This document shows positions 1 to 13,199 of a stretch of 64,000 bases of DNA, piece after piece. The position numbers and the translations under genes are program-made. A model generated the notes under the pieces. That model was not told the origin of the DNA. It saw only the letters and a program-made list of their open reading frames with translations, and did no database searches. The stretch spans positions 174,344,001 through 174,408,000 of the forward strand of contig NC_091982.1 of NCBI RefSeq assembly GCF_044704955.1, written 5' to 3'. This stretch comes from Pristiophorus japonicus (lineage: Eukaryota). Within the stretch, counting starts at the first letter, position 1, and the number at the start of each line of letters is the position of its first letter.

Positions 1-1454
1 TCTCTCCAATCTCCCTGCATGACTTTTCTGAGCTCATCCTGTCCATGTGACCCACTTCCTGCTTCCTTGACCCTATTCCCACCAAACTGCTGGCCATCCA
101 ACTTCTTTTTCTGGCTCCCATGTTAGTTGACATTGTTAACGGATCTCTCTCTTCAGGTACTGTCCCCCTCTCCCTCAAATCTGCCATCATCACCCCTCTC
201 CTCAAAAAACCAACCCTCGATCCCTCCGTCCTTGCAAACTACCGCCCCATCTCCAACCTCTCTTTCCTCTCCAAAGTCCTTGAACGAATTGTCACCTCCC
301 AAATTCTTGCCCATCTTTCCCGCAATTCCATGATCATCTTTCCCGCAATCTGATTTCCATAGAATTATAGAAATTTACATCACGGAAGGAGGCCATTTTG
401 GCCCATGTCCTTGCCGGCCAACAAAGAGCTATTCAGCCTAATCCCACTTTCCAGCTCTTGGTTCCTAGCCCTGTAAGTTACGGCACTTCAGGTGCACATC
501 CAAGTACTTTTTAAATGTGGCGAGGGTTTCTGCCTCAAGCGGTGAATTCCAGAACCCCACCACCCTCTGGTTGAAGAAATTTCCCCTTAAATTCCCTCTA
601 AACCTCCTACCAATTACTTTAAATTTATGCCCCTGATTGTTGACCCCTCAGCCAAGGAAATAGGTCCTTCCTATTCACTCTATCTAGGCCCTTCATAATT
701 TTATACTCCTTGTCCTTCTTGACTTGTCTGCAGCCTATGACACGGTTAACCACTCTATCCTTCTCCAACGCCTCTCACCGTCATCCAGCTGGGTGGGACT
801 GCACTTGCATGGTTCAATTCTTATCTATCTAATGGTAGCTAGAGAATTACCTGCAACGGCTTCTCTTCCCGCCCCCGCATCGTTACCTCTGGTGTCCCCC
901 AGGATCTATCCTTGGCCCCCTCCTATTTCTCATCTACATGTTGCCCCTTGGCGACATCATCCAAAAACACATCATCAGTTTCCACATATACGCTAATGAC
1001 ACCTAGCTCTACCTCACTTCTACGGTCTCTAAATTGTCAGACTGCTTGTCCAACATCCAATTCTGGATGAGCAGAAATTTCTCCAATTGAATATTGGGAA
1101 GACCAAGCCATTGTTTTCGGTTCCCACCACAAACTCTGTTCCCTAGCCACTGACTCCATCCCTCTCCACAACTCCTGTCTGAGGCTGAACCAGACTGTTC
1201 GAAACCTTGGTGTCATATTTGACCCCGAAATGAGCTTTCAACTACATATCCACAGCATAACTAAGACTGCCTATTTCCACCTCCCGTAACATCGCCCGTC
1301 TCCGCCCCTGTCTCAGCTCATCTGCTGCTGAAGCCCTCATCCATGCCTTTGTTACCTCTAGACTTGACTCTTTATCTCGTACTGCTACCGTGAAGCACCT
1401 TGAGACATTTCACTACATTAAAGGCACTATATAAATACAAGTTGTTGTTGTTGT
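1..1454 (+). mobile_element. L2-clade LINE 3' portion (degenerate RT), interrupted by a CR1 fragment
   Basis: ORF 120-353 has RT motifs (AIITPLLKKPTLDP...NYRPISNLSFLSKVLER); 724+ reads DLSAAYDTV-like; ends in L2-type tail ggcactatataaatacaagttgttgttg. Confidence 0.85.
358..706 (-). mobile_element. CR1 LINE 3' end fragment inserted in L2
   Basis: Near-identical to the 3' end of the CR1 at 13290-13640 (cacggaaggaggccatt...aaatttcccc). Confidence 0.8.
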
Positions 1455-1530
1455 TTCTTGGCTCCACCCAAAATGATTCTACATCTTGTTTATCCAAACT
1501 AAGATCCTTTCTCTACTGTCTGAGTTTGAG

Positions 1531-1664
1531 TGACCTTGCTGTGTGCAAATTAGCTGCTGCATTTGTCTACATCTTAACAGTGACTCCAAATCAAAAGTAA
1601 TCATTGGCTAGTAAAGCATTTTAGGACATGCTGCTGTCATGAAAGGTGCTACATAAATGCAAGT
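1531..1664 (+). mobile_element. DeuSINE (SacSINE1-like) 3' fragment
   Basis: cttgctgtgtgcaaattagctg...aacagtgact...cattggct...gaaaggtgctacataaatgcaagt matches the 3' half of the SINE at 15957-16384. Confidence 0.7.
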
Positions 1665-1770
1665 TACTCCTTATGCTCAGCACAATTAATGTATTCTGTG
1701 CTAAAATCATGTATACAGGTATTTGAAATAATTAGTAGAATAGTAAACAAGAAAAAGCAGCAAACATATA

Positions 1771-2371
1771 GGGCTAGAAATTCGGTTTTCAACAAACAAC
1801 GGTATTTTTTGCCAAAATTACGGTTTTCGCTTCGCTATCGCTATCAGGCCAGAAATTCAATCTTCAGTTTGCGCAGCGGTAAAAATCAGTGTTGCACGAG
1901 GATTCGCGGTGCAAACTGCGATCCTCGCCAACTCTAGTCCGAGGCCGATACCGCTACGAGAGAGGCCTTAGGAGGCTGGAAAAACACCAAAAAATAAATT
2001 GGAAAAAACAAAACAAAAAAGTTCAGGAACTTTTACAAGAACAGTTTACAAGACACTATCTATCGAATCGCTGAAAAAGAATTTTAAAACTTTAACTTAC
2101 CTTTTTGCAGGTCTTCATACTTGCCGCTGCTGGCAGGGCTGCTACGACAGGTTTTTCCCTGACTGTATTCTGAGCGCACAATACGAGTGCGGAGAGAGCC
2201 AAATTTTTGGCGAAAACACTATTTCAAGTCTTACACGGCACCGCTCCTCTGCCAGCGGTACGTAGAAAGTGACGCCGCAAAAGTCACCAAATTTCCTGCC
2301 GAACGGGTTTTCGCCAAAAAAGGTGAAATATCGCCAAAATCCGAGTCACAAAATCGACGAATTTCTAGCCC
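1771..2371. mobile_element. Non-autonomous PIF/Harbinger-type MITE
   Basis: TIRs gggctagaaattcg / cgaatttctagccc; flanks ata/aca (3-bp TSD, one mismatch); a reversed sibling lies at 44063-44590. Confidence 0.85.
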
Positions 2372-3073
2372 ACAAATCTTTTGTGTTAATATAAACACTT
2401 TTAAGACATTGGAAATCTCCTGGGAGAAATGAAAAGCCCTCACATGAAAATATTTTACTGATGAGGACTTTACAGTACAACTGAAGTGACAATCATTTGA
2501 ACTTAAGTAGTTGTCCCCAAACTTTGATTATATAGAATCAAGACTGTACAAATGTCTGATTCACTACTTCTGCTTGATTGCATGGGCTGTTATCTGCTTC
2601 CCCTCATATTGTACCCACTATTTCCAGCCATAGTTTCAGCCTAGAAACCGAGAGGAAGGGGAAAGGATAAATGTGCTTAAAAAATGTATGCAAATCATTG
2701 AGAATACTTGCTGTTTGATGTAAACCATTGACTATATTGTAATACAACATTGTATGATATAAAATAGTTAAGCTAATAGAAGTAATGGGCACAATTTCCC
2801 CCCAAGCCAGTTTTCTGGCGTATTGCCAGAGTTGCGCCCGTTTTTCTCGGGCAGAAATGTGCCAGAAATAATGCCAAAAACCAAAGCTGCACCTTCTCCG
2901 CATGCGCGGAAAAAAAAAGTTACGTTTTTGACGTCGTCCCAATGGACGCACGTGCTCAGTACAGCTCGGATTTGACAATCGGCCATTTTTAAAGAGCCAG
3001 TTGTGTGTGTGTGTATGAGAACATTGAGTGCTGTGAGAGAGCATTGGAAAAATCGCAGCTGGAGCAATACAAG

Positions 3074-4632
3074 ATGCAACGCGGTGCAAGGACCAAGGAT
3101 TTCTTACAGGAAGAAGTGGAGGCACTAGTTACTGTGGGAACAGATGGCAGGAGCTGGACACCAGCAGAGGTCACATAAAAGTTCCACCCAAAGAAATGAA
3201 GAAGCGCTGGAACTAACTAGCAGAAGATTACTGTGCAATGGTGACCACCATGAGATCTGGAGGCCAGTGTAAAAAGAAGTGGCAGGACCTTGGTCATGTA
3301 GTTAGTGTAAGTAATATTTTTATTTATTCAATGGAATTGCAATTGTAAATGTGACCAGCTGTATATGTCCCACCCGCCTCTCTAAAAAGTTGCATTTTCA
3401 TCTTTGCAAAGGAAGGTGGCACATAATAAAAGAGAAAGAACTCGAACAGGAGGAGGCCCGGCAAATCTGCACGCACTGACACCCTTGGAAGAGAGGGTCG
3501 TTGCTTTGATGGGTCCTGCCTGGAAAAAAGCAATCAGTACTGTACAAGCTGAGCTCATGCTTAAGGGAGAGGGTAAGTCCTGCAAATTCATCGTGGTCCT
3601 TCAAATCAGTCTGCTACCTGGCCTGTGATGTGTGAGCCTACTCATGCCACCCACCCTGCACCTCCCTCCTCTCTGCTAACCATTTGACTGTTCTGTTATC
3701 TTTTGCAGAACTTGAGGCCAATCCTGATGATGCAGAAGAAGATTCAGATGCGCACGAATCTGAAGAGGAGAACATCTTCCAATCCAACCCTCCAGACCAA
3801 GAACATGAGGGGGAGGGGATAGAGCTGGATGAAGCTCCCACAATTTTATTGACTTTAGAGGAGGTGCCACTTATGGAGTGGCTTGAGTGTTGGTGGGACA
3901 TTCCATGGTTTCACACCTTCTGAGGTTGCAGGTCCCAGTGGTGGGGTGCAGCGAGGCACACCCAGGGCCCTACCGTCCCAAGCTGCGGGTCCCAGTGTTG
4001 GGGTGCGAGCCACACCCATGGGGAGGAGGGGAAGGAGAGCTCAACCACGCTCTCCTGAGGTGCAGGATCTAACAGATGTGCTTTAGATAATGTCATCGAG
4101 TGTGGAGAGCAATGACCTTACCCGATCACTCCTGGATGCCATCAGTGGGGTGAGTGATGAGGTAGCGGGACTGTTGGGAGAAATAACAGCAATGACACGA
4201 GAAATGGGAACGATATCTGGGACCATCAGTGAGGGAATAGTGGCCATGAGGGAGGGAATGTCAGAGGTAGTGCAAACCACGCCACTGACCATGAGGGAGG
4301 GAATGTTGCAGGTTGTTGAGATTGTCGGGGCGCATGAGGGACGGCACGTTGGAATTAGCTGCTGCAGTAAGGGAACACGCCCAGACCCCACGCTCATTGA
4401 CAGAATCAACGGTCCCCCCACTCCAATCCCCAGACCAGACTCTGAAGAGCCCCAAGCCAGGTTCTCCCACTTGCCGCCTGACGTTGACTTCCCCCCCCCC
4501 CCCCCAAAGAGGTGCACCATACCCAAGATGTTAGAAAGAATAAGCTTGGTACCAAGCCCAGAAACACTGTGCCACCGCTTGCAGGCAGGGGTGGTGGCGT
4601 GTCCAAGACCAAGCGTAGCGGGCGGTCTTAGA
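3074..4632 (+). pseudogene. Harbinger Myb/SANT-like DNA-binding protein gene (spliced, disrupted)
   Basis: MQRGARTKDFLQEEVEALV...KKRWN*LAEDY...RSGGQCKKKWQDL then gtaagt donor; next exon RKVAHNKRERTRTGGGP...LTPLEERV; acidic third exon; stop codon and frameshifts present. Confidence 0.8.
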
Positions 4633-4950
4633 ATAAAGGGGATGAGAGATGGGTGCAGCCTTTCTTTGCTGCTGCTGCTGTTGTTGTTATTACTGTTGTA
4701 ACTGTTCTCAAATTAAAAGTTTTTTATAAGTTATGTAAATTTACAAGTTTATAAGTGATCTTAAAGTAAAGTTTGATACAAGAATAATTTTATTTAAGTT
4801 AAGTACATTGTAAACTTTTGAATAAAATATATTTTATATTAAAACTGAATTATGTTCCATTAACACAAAACAATATTACGGAACAGTTGCAAACAGTAAA
4901 CATGTCCATGTGGAATAGTTGTCGCTGAGCCCTCAGGCATCAGTAAAACT

Positions 4951-6138
4951 TTAACGGATGAGCTGCTGGCGCAAGGCTCGAGCAATTGTTAAATGGGCAT
5001 GATGGCCCACCCTCCTTCGCCATCGTGCTCCGGTCTCAGGCACTTGCATGGTTTCCTCATCCTCCTGCTTGTCATCTGCATCTTCCTCATCATTATCATC
5101 AGCCACTCTCACCGCAGGTGGGTCTTCCACTACCAGGTGCTGCTGCCTCATGATGGCTAAGTTATGCAGCATGCAGCACACAACAGTGAACTGACCGACA
5201 ATCTCAGGGAAGCACAGCAAGTAGCCTCCGGAATGGTCCAGGCATCGGAAACGCTGTTTCAATATGCCAGTGGTCCCCTCAATGATGCTGCGCATCGCAA
5301 TGTGTGACATGTTATATTGATGGTCAGCTTCCATCCGGGTTACACGTCGGGGCATCATGAGCCAGGTGGCGAGGCCGTGTCCTTTGTCTCCCAGTAGCCA
5401 GCTCTGCCCTTCTGCTGCTGCTGCTGCTGAAACATGGCAGATATAACGCTGTGGCGTAGGATGAATGCATCATAGGTGCTGCTAGGGTATCTTGCATCGA
5501 CTGACATATGATGCATGTCGTCACACACGAGCTGCTCATTAATGGAGTGGAAGCCTTTTCTGTTCCCGTACATCTCGGAATCCTCCAAAGGTGCTCGCAA
5601 GGCGATGTGGGTACAATCAATGCAGCCCTGTACCTTTGGGAAGCCAGCAATCCTGGAGAAGCCCACAGCCCTGTCATGGATTGCTTGGGTGGTCATGGGG
5701 AACTTTATGTAGTCATTCCTCCACGCATACAGTGCAGCCGTGACCTGGCAAATGGAGACATGTGTTGCATGTTGGGAGATGGCGCACAGAGCCCCAGTTG
5801 TAGCTTGAAATGATCCGGAGGCATAGAATGAAAGTGTAGCTTCACTTCAACTGACAAAGCAGTCCTCCTGATGTTTCTAGGTTGCAGGTTTGCTTTGACC
5901 AACTCACAGATCTCACTTACAACTTCTTTGCGGAAACGCAGCCTTCTGACACAGTCTGCATCACTCAGGTGGAGGTACGAACGCCTGTCTCGATATACCT
6001 GAGGTGGGTAAGGGATCCTGCCCAGCACCCTACAGGCTCTGATGTTCCTGATGCGATCAAGTCGAATCAATTATTTCCTACGTAGCACCATGATGCAGAA
6101 GGCTTGCACAAGGTATGGCATTGTCAGTATTGCCCCAT
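4951..6138 (-). pseudogene. Harbinger (HARBI1-like) DDE transposase, frameshifted
   Basis: ORF fragments RRLRFRKEVVSEIC, GFPKVQGCIDCTHIAL...NRKGFHSINEQLVCD, IEGTTGILKQRFRCLDHSGG...CCMLHNLA spread over different frames. Confidence 0.9.
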
Positions 6139-9100
6139 AATTAAATGTAACCTTTTGAAAGAAGCTCAAACCGGCAGGAAAGCAAGCAGGCCACCCCACC
6201 CACTCATTGCAGTCGTCAGTGTAGAAGGCACCTTGCTCCCCGGACTCCAAGCCTTCCGATCGACACCTCTCTCTCTCTCTCTCTATCACCTCCCCTCCCA
6301 CGGCTTTTTTTTGTAGCCGAGCCGGTGTCTGGGCGCGTTGCCGATTCTGCCGGCCAAAGCTACGACCCTCCAGCCCTGCTTCAAAACGTTCGCTGGTGGT
6401 GTGTGAGTGAATTTAAAAAAAAAAAAGAGAACTTCTGAAATCCAACCAATTTACACTTCTACAATGACAGGTTTAAAAAAAAGTTGAACTTGATTATTGA
6501 TTTTGACAGTGTTCTTGACTCCCTCCAAAATCTTCGATTTAAAAACAATGGCGTCTTTCAGCGTAGATTTGTGAATGTGCGCTAGTTTTCTTAACTCACC
6601 AGAAAGTTTTCTGGATTGGCCAGATCTGCCGACTTAAGAGAAAAAAATGTTGCAAACAATTGAAAAAACCGACGTTTTAAAAAAAAAACTGGCCTACAAA
6701 AATCGTAACTAAGTCAGTTACGCCGGCGCAGATCGCAGGGGGAAACTTTGAAAAAAAAACGCGCCGGCAAAAAAAAATCGGTGCAAATGAACGGGGAAAA
6801 TTGAGCCCAATGTGTTTAACCAAAATATTCGGTGATACTTTTCTTTCTATTACTGAAAATAAACTAAATGTTCTAATGTTATTAGAGGTGCTTGTGTAGG
6901 TACATTGGCTATTACTTGAACTCTTGATTTAGATTGTTAAATGCCTTAATAGAAACTTTCAGAAATTTTGCTTCTGGCAATTCCTGGCCTTGTTTATCTA
7001 ACTAATATGGCATCAGAAATTGATTTTTTTTGGTTGTTGCAATCACACTACATTCTTTTACACTTAAGAGCCTTCTCAAAATCTTTATGATAAACAAGCT
7101 ACTCTAGTCAACAATGTTACCACCAGTGTAAAGCTGAGTTTTATCGCTACGGATATGTAGAAATGGCAGCATATCAGAAAACAATTTTGTATCAAAGCAG
7201 ACCCACAGGGATTCGTGTGTGCTTAGGAAACCATGCTGAAAATTCACACTGCATAGGAATAACCTTCTTGTCATCCAGTCCTCTTGGTTAATGTGAGCTC
7301 AGGAGCAACAGGTTGTGCTTGGTGTTGAAGGGTGGTATTTTAATTATAAATTAACTGAATAAGAATGAAAACAGATTTTTCTTGAAGGCAATGAATGATA
7401 CAGGAGTATGATTCTGTGGTAACTTGTCTCTTGGAGTGGTTATTGGAAGGTGTGTGGGAGTGTTCCACATTGACTTGTCCCTTCCTGCAAGGTGCAGCAC
7501 CGCACTATTGACAGAACCTGAGAACTAGTGCCATCAGCCAGAGAATGGAGTATGGTTTGGGACCAGGGATGCAAATTGAAGAAAAGGCCACCTGTACAAA
7601 CCTTTTTTATTTTGCTAAACGCTTGCTTTTATTTTGCTAGAAGCATGCAATTGTACTATGTTTTCCTTGAAGGGCCAGCTGAGGTTCAGTACACTCTGTT
7701 TCGGAATTTGCAATGGTCTCTTTTTTTGCTTCAACCTGTCAAATGACACAACCATTACTGCAATCATACAGGTAGCTATTGTACCATCTCTTCATAATTG
7801 CAACTCTTTTTCTTTGTATTCCAAATTATCTCACATGTCAATCTGCCAGAATGGTTGATCTGAAACTAATGAAGTGTACAAAGGCTTTTTTTTAACTACT
7901 TTGGAAACAGATCAGTGAAGGAAGAAAACTGAATTCAAATTGACACATAGTTGAACAGTTTCTTCTGTGATGCATAGTATTCAGTAAATTCAACCGAAGG
8001 ACAATAAAGCAGTTAAAAGTTTTTATTCTTTGTTGCTGAAGGTCTTGTATTCCAGTGTTTACATCCTGTTGCTGTTTGTTAGTTCTGAACTCCTGTATAT
8101 TCATTTTGGAGATGCAGTGGATTTGTGGATGGGTTCATTACTCGGATGGTCAGTTATATTGTATTGTAATATAAACACAGAAAATGAACCAACAAACAAG
8201 AATAATCTGAACATTTAAACATCTGACTTCTCCAGGTTTTATTTCTTTGCTTACTCACTATTAATCATTAATGTTCAGTCAATAACATACTCTTAATGGA
8301 ATGAGGAGATTTGAAAGGGTGAGCTGGAATTCCAGTTAGATTGTCAGGGCTAGTGATGAACCAGGATCTCTCTCCTTATATATTTATTACACTTGCAGCT
8401 AACAATAACAAAGATTTTGTAAAACTGTTAAATTCCCCCGCCTTTTCTTCCCCTCTTCTCATCGCCAAACAACTCCATCCTCCCAAATAAAAACTGAGCT
8501 TGATACTCGGATGAAGGGGTTAAGACAGGACAACACTAGTGCCATTGAACTTTACTGTTTTAAAAAAAAAAATGGCTAGCACCTTCGGAACTGTGTTCCT
8601 AGTACAGTTCTGGTCCAGTCATATCTGAGTTTCATAACCAAATGGTTAGATTTAGAGCAGGGCTAATGAAGGGGAAAACTGAATTGAGGTACAGTAACTT
8701 TATTTGCTGTACTGTATCAATACAATAGGGTCACTCCTGAGATGACACCAGCCCAATAGCTAAACCATTGAAAGAATTATATAAAATAGTTTTAGCAAAA
8801 TAGTAACATTTTAATCCTGTAATAATGCATATGGAGGATATTTTATCATTCTAATTTGTCGTGTTCTCTAAATATGAAATAAACCATATACATTAAAATA
8901 CAGAAGTGATCCAAATATATTCTCAAAAATGATGTGTTTCCTCTTTTAGCACAGGTGCAGCATTGTTTAGAATAAAAATAATAAATGGCAGGCAAAGATT
9001 TTAGGTAATGTGAAATATTGAGATATTCAGTGAAATCAGCGAGATAGTTTCCTCACATATTTATAGTGATGAGAGAACACACTTAGCAAGCAAAAGCTTT

Positions 9101-9454
9101 ATAGAGAATTCTAATTAATTAATTTATTATTCTGAGCCATGTAGCAGCATGGATAGAAAGTTGATTGATGAGCAGGAAATGAATTAAGGTTAATGGATGA
9201 AGCCAAGGCATTCAAGGGCCCTTTTAATATCTAGTTACACAGCCTGAATGCCTCTGCATATGTAAATTCGGAGTCTGCAATTTGCAGTGAGGTCAGTGCT
9301 ATGTTCACAAGGTGTGAAGGCGGCTCTGCATCATTGGAATTTCAGGCCCCAAAAGTATGAATTTTAAAATAGGACTCCCTTTTTTGTACTTAGTTCTCTA
9401 ATGTTATGTAAGTAGTTTTTTCCAAGTTTAAATGAAATTTCATAATCAACTAAC

Positions 9455-10500
9455 CATCTCCACCCTCCCTTTTCAAGGTCCTTGAAAAGGGTCACTTCTA
9501 CAATCTGTGCCCAGTTTCCCCACAACTTCCTGTTTGAATCTCTCCAATCCATTTTACATCCTTCCACAACCCAAAATTGTCCTATTCAAAGACAAACAAT
9601 ATCCTTTGTGACTATGACTGTGGTGCATAATGCCTCTTCATCCTCCTTGACCTCTCTAGCCTCTGAGGTGGTTGATCACACTATTCCAGTGCCTCTCCTC
9701 TGCTGTCCAGTTTGTTGGGACAGTCGTCATTTGGTTCCACTCTTGCCTATCCGATGAAGCCATGGCGACTCTGCTGAACCCTACACCATTACTTCAGAAG
9801 TTTCCCAAGGATCCATCCATGGCTCCTTTTTCATCATATACATTGGTGCCCCTTGGTGACATCATCCACAGATATGGGGTTAGCTTAACATGTATGCTGA
9901 GGACATCCAGCAGCCACTCTCCATCACCTATCTCGACCTCTCCACTGCCTCTATGCTACTGAATTGCTTGCCTAATATCCAGTTTTGGATGAGCCATAAT
10001 TTCCTCCAGCTAAACATTGGGAAATCTATTGCCTTTGGTTTCTTGTTCAACTCAACATTCTCACCACTGACTCCATCTCTCTCCCTTGTCACTATCTCAT
10101 GCTGAACAAGATTGTTTGCACCCTTGGAATCCTATTCGAACCTGCTGAATTTCTGACTCTATATCCTTTCCATCACAAAAACTGCCTACTTACACAGTGA
10201 GTGGTTAAGATATGGAATGCACTGCCTGAAAGGGTGGTGGAGGCAGACTCAATCTTGCCTTTCAAAGGGGAATTGGATAAGTATCTGAAGGAAAAGAAAA
10301 TTGCAAGGCTACAGGGAAAGGGTAGTGGAGTAGTACTAGCTGAGAGCTGGCATGGGCTCGTCGGGCCAAATGGCTGCCTTCCGCGCTGTAACCATTCTTT
10401 GATTCTATAATACTTTCACCTCCAGAGGTCATCTGCTGCTGAAACCTTCATTCATGTTGTTTGTCACATCTAGACTTGATTACTCCCATCCTACACTCTT
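9455..10500 (+). mobile_element. Degenerate L2 LINE fragment with an inserted CR1 3' piece (~10192-10410)
   Basis: PLGDIIHRYGV..., IQFWMSHNFLQLNIGK match L2 RT; ORF 10201 WNALPERVVEADS is a CR1 ORF2 C-terminus. Confidence 0.7.
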
Positions 10501-10889
10501 TGTACATTTCTCTTCTTTCTTTCAATCTGAAAGCTTGGGTTTTGATGATTTGCATGGAATCTGCAAAAAATATAAATATATATATTTTAAGAGCTTGCAG
10601 AAATTCTGTGCTTGTAGATTTCCACTAACTTAGGTCATGTTTGAATCTACTTGTAACATTGCTCTCCTTAATCAGTAAATAATGAAGAGTTGGCGATGCG
10701 TACTGTTGCTTATCATGATACTACCAGGGAAAGGGAATATTTATACCCTCCTGTCATTATTACATACATTGAGCATGGCTTGAAGAGAAAGAAATGGAGA
10801 AAAAAAGCCACAATAATAAATTACTTATTTAAATGAATTGCTTTGCCTTGGTGAAATCAAAAATTTAGGAACTTTTATTTTGCTTACAG

Positions 10890-11006
10890 ATGTAAGGAAG
10901 AGAAGGCAGACATGTTTTTGTGGAATTCTCTGTTTCTTCCGGAATAACAGAAGACGTAGAGAAGATAGACAAGTTAATAACATTCGAAATGGTATAGAAC
11001 AAGAAG
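10890..11006 (+). CDS. Penultimate coding exon of an upstream gene (C2orf72-like by synteny, tentative)
   Basis: Acceptor ttttattttgcttacag, donor gaag|gtaaat; 117 nt, phase 1/1; open frame (D)VRKRRQTCFCGILCFFRNNRRRREDRQVNNIRNGIEQE. Confidence 0.55.
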
Positions 11007-11150
11007 GTAAATGGAAAAAAACAATGTCTCTCTCTTTTTATTTAAAACGGGTGCAAATTTTTTAACATTAATTTGCCTGTGTCTGATGGTTGTCTGGCGT
11101 TTTCAAATAAACTAAATCTTCATGCGTGCTTCATAGAATCATACAGCACA

Positions 11151-11975
11151 GGAGACCATTTAGCCCATCGAATCTGCACTGGCTCTTTCAAACAACAACC
11201 AAGTTAGTCCTACTCCCCTTCAACATTCCCTCCGCGTGGTTGCGCACCTGTCCTGCACAGCCGAAGACTGGCTTTTTCAATGTAAAGGAAACTGTGAATG
11301 AGCCTCGCAGTTCCTTAAAGGGGCTGCGCACCCAAGAAAAAGAGGGAACATTGCTCTCCTCTTTCACCATATCTCTGCAATTATTTCTCAAATTATTTAT
11401 CCGATTCCCTTTTGAAGGCTACTATTGAATCTGTATCCATCAGGCAGTGCATTCCAAATCCTAACCACTTGTTCCGTAAAAAGATTCCCCCTCATGTCAT
11501 CTCTAGTTCTTTTGCCAGTCATCTTAAATCTGTGCCCTCTGTTATCGACCCTTCAGTCATTGGAAACAGTTTCTCTTTATTTACTCTATCTAAATCCTTC
11601 ATGATTTTAAACACCGCTATCAAATCTCCTCTTAGCCTTCTCTACTCGAAGCAGTACAACCCCAGCTGCTCCAGTCTATCCACATAATTGTAATCCTTCA
11701 TTCCTGGAACCATTCTAATAAATCTCTTCTGTACCTTCTTTAAAGCCTTCACATCCTTCCTAAAGTGTGGTGCCCAGAATTGGACACAATACTCCAGCTG
11801 GGGCCAAACTAGTGTTTTTATATAGGTTTAGCTTACTTCCTGGCTTTTGTACTCTATGCCTCTATTTATAAAGCCCAGGATCCCATATGCTTTATTAACT
11901 GCTTTGGAAACCTGTCCTGCCACCTTCAAAGATTTTGTGCACAAGCATCCCTGGGTGTCTCTGTTCTTGCACCAC
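11151..11975 (-). mobile_element. CR1 LINE 3' fragment
   Basis: catagaatcatacagcacaggag tail; antisense to CR1 ORF2 C-terminus (LEYCVQFW-like at ~11760-11800). Confidence 0.8.
11221..11353. mobile_element. 133-bp hAT-like MITE inside CR1
   Basis: TIRs caacattccctc / gagggaacattg; 8-bp flanks ctcccctt / ctctcctc (imperfect TSD). Confidence 0.65.
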
Positions 11976-12785
11976 ATGCTTCGATTAGCATACTTAACTA
12001 GGATTGCTATTTATTAACTTGACTGTTTGTGACTCAACTGTGCATAAGATTTTGAATTTACTTTGAGATTGACATTAACTGACCATAGTTAAACTGTTTT
12101 CAGAATTTCATTTTCTGGTTATTGTTATATCAGCTGTCATAAGTAAGCCTTCATGTCTGTAAAAGTTTGTATGTATGCATGTTGAGTGTGTTGTCTATTG
12201 TGTATCAAAAGTGTTTGTGCTATGAATGATTTAATCCATGTTAACAGTGCAGTTAGTTCGAGCTGATGAGTCTAATTGTTCTGTCCCAACTGCTGCCACA
12301 ATTGAGATTAGTTAACTCTGGAAACTGGAACCTTTCAATTCATTGCAGGTAGATGTATTGCCCTGAGGACATTAAGAGTCATCCACGTAGTGCGGGATTG
12401 TAATTATGTATAAACTAAACTGGGTGGTCGTGGCAGATTCACCTGTAGATGGGTGTTTGATTTGATCATTTTCTACTGTTGGTCCACAAAGTGACTTGAA
12501 CTCAACCCTCTGGGTTGTTGGTCCAGCACCACAACAACAAAGCTACCAGACTCATCTACATCAGTGGTGCTGTTGTCCACCAGGCCATCTAGTGTGGGGG
12601 TGGAGGGGGGAGTGACTCTCTTATTTAAAGGGTTAATCTAAATAAAATCAACATAAATAAATATTGGGAATTATGTGGTGCTTTGGGTTTAAAAAAACAC
12701 CTTTCCTTTAAAGCTGCTTCTTGTCTTCAGACACAGCTGGAATTTCATCCTCAGCAGATCAGAACTCCATTTCCTATGTTCAAAA

Positions 12786-13195
12786 TAACAACAACTTGTA
12801 TTTATATAGCGCCATTAACGTAGTGAAACATCCTAAGGCGCTTCACAGGAGTATTGAGATTTTAAAAAATTGAACACCAAGCCACATAAGGAGAAATCAG
12901 GGCAGGTAACCAAAAACTTGGTCAAAGAGGTAGGTTTTAAGGAGCATCTTGAAGGAGGAAAGAGGTAGAGAGGCGGAGCGGTTTAGGCAAGGAATTCCAG
13001 AGCTTAGGGCCAAGGCAACAGAAGGCACGGCCATCAATAGTTGAGCAATTATAATCAAAGATACTCAAGAGGGCAGAATTAGAAGAGTGCAGACATCTTG
13101 GGGGGGGGGGGGGGGGGGGGGCTGCTGGAGATTACAGAGATAGGGAGGGGACCATGGAGGGCTTTGAAAACGAGGATGAGAATTTTGAAATCGAG
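12786..13195 (-). mobile_element. L2 LINE 3' end
   Basis: acaacaacttgtatttatatagcgcc is the reverse complement of the L2 tail at ~1420-1454. Confidence 0.8.
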
Positions 13196-13199
13196 AATC

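Larger units (their letters stand above)
2787..6808. mobile_element. Two-gene PIF/Harbinger DNA transposon, full length but degenerate
   Basis: TIRs gggcacaatttcccc / ggggaaaattgagccc; AAT duplicated on both sides; convergent Myb/SANT gene (+) and DDE transposase (-). Confidence 0.92.

Noticed and set aside
9215-9350. Possible small Harbinger MITE (aatttcaggccc end)
   Set aside because: Only one convincing terminus and no TSD.
13099-13121. Long G homopolymer (also ~42417-42433 and the C run at 4491-4505)
   Set aside because: All lie inside repeats and are best explained by slippage or sequencing error; no evidence of function.
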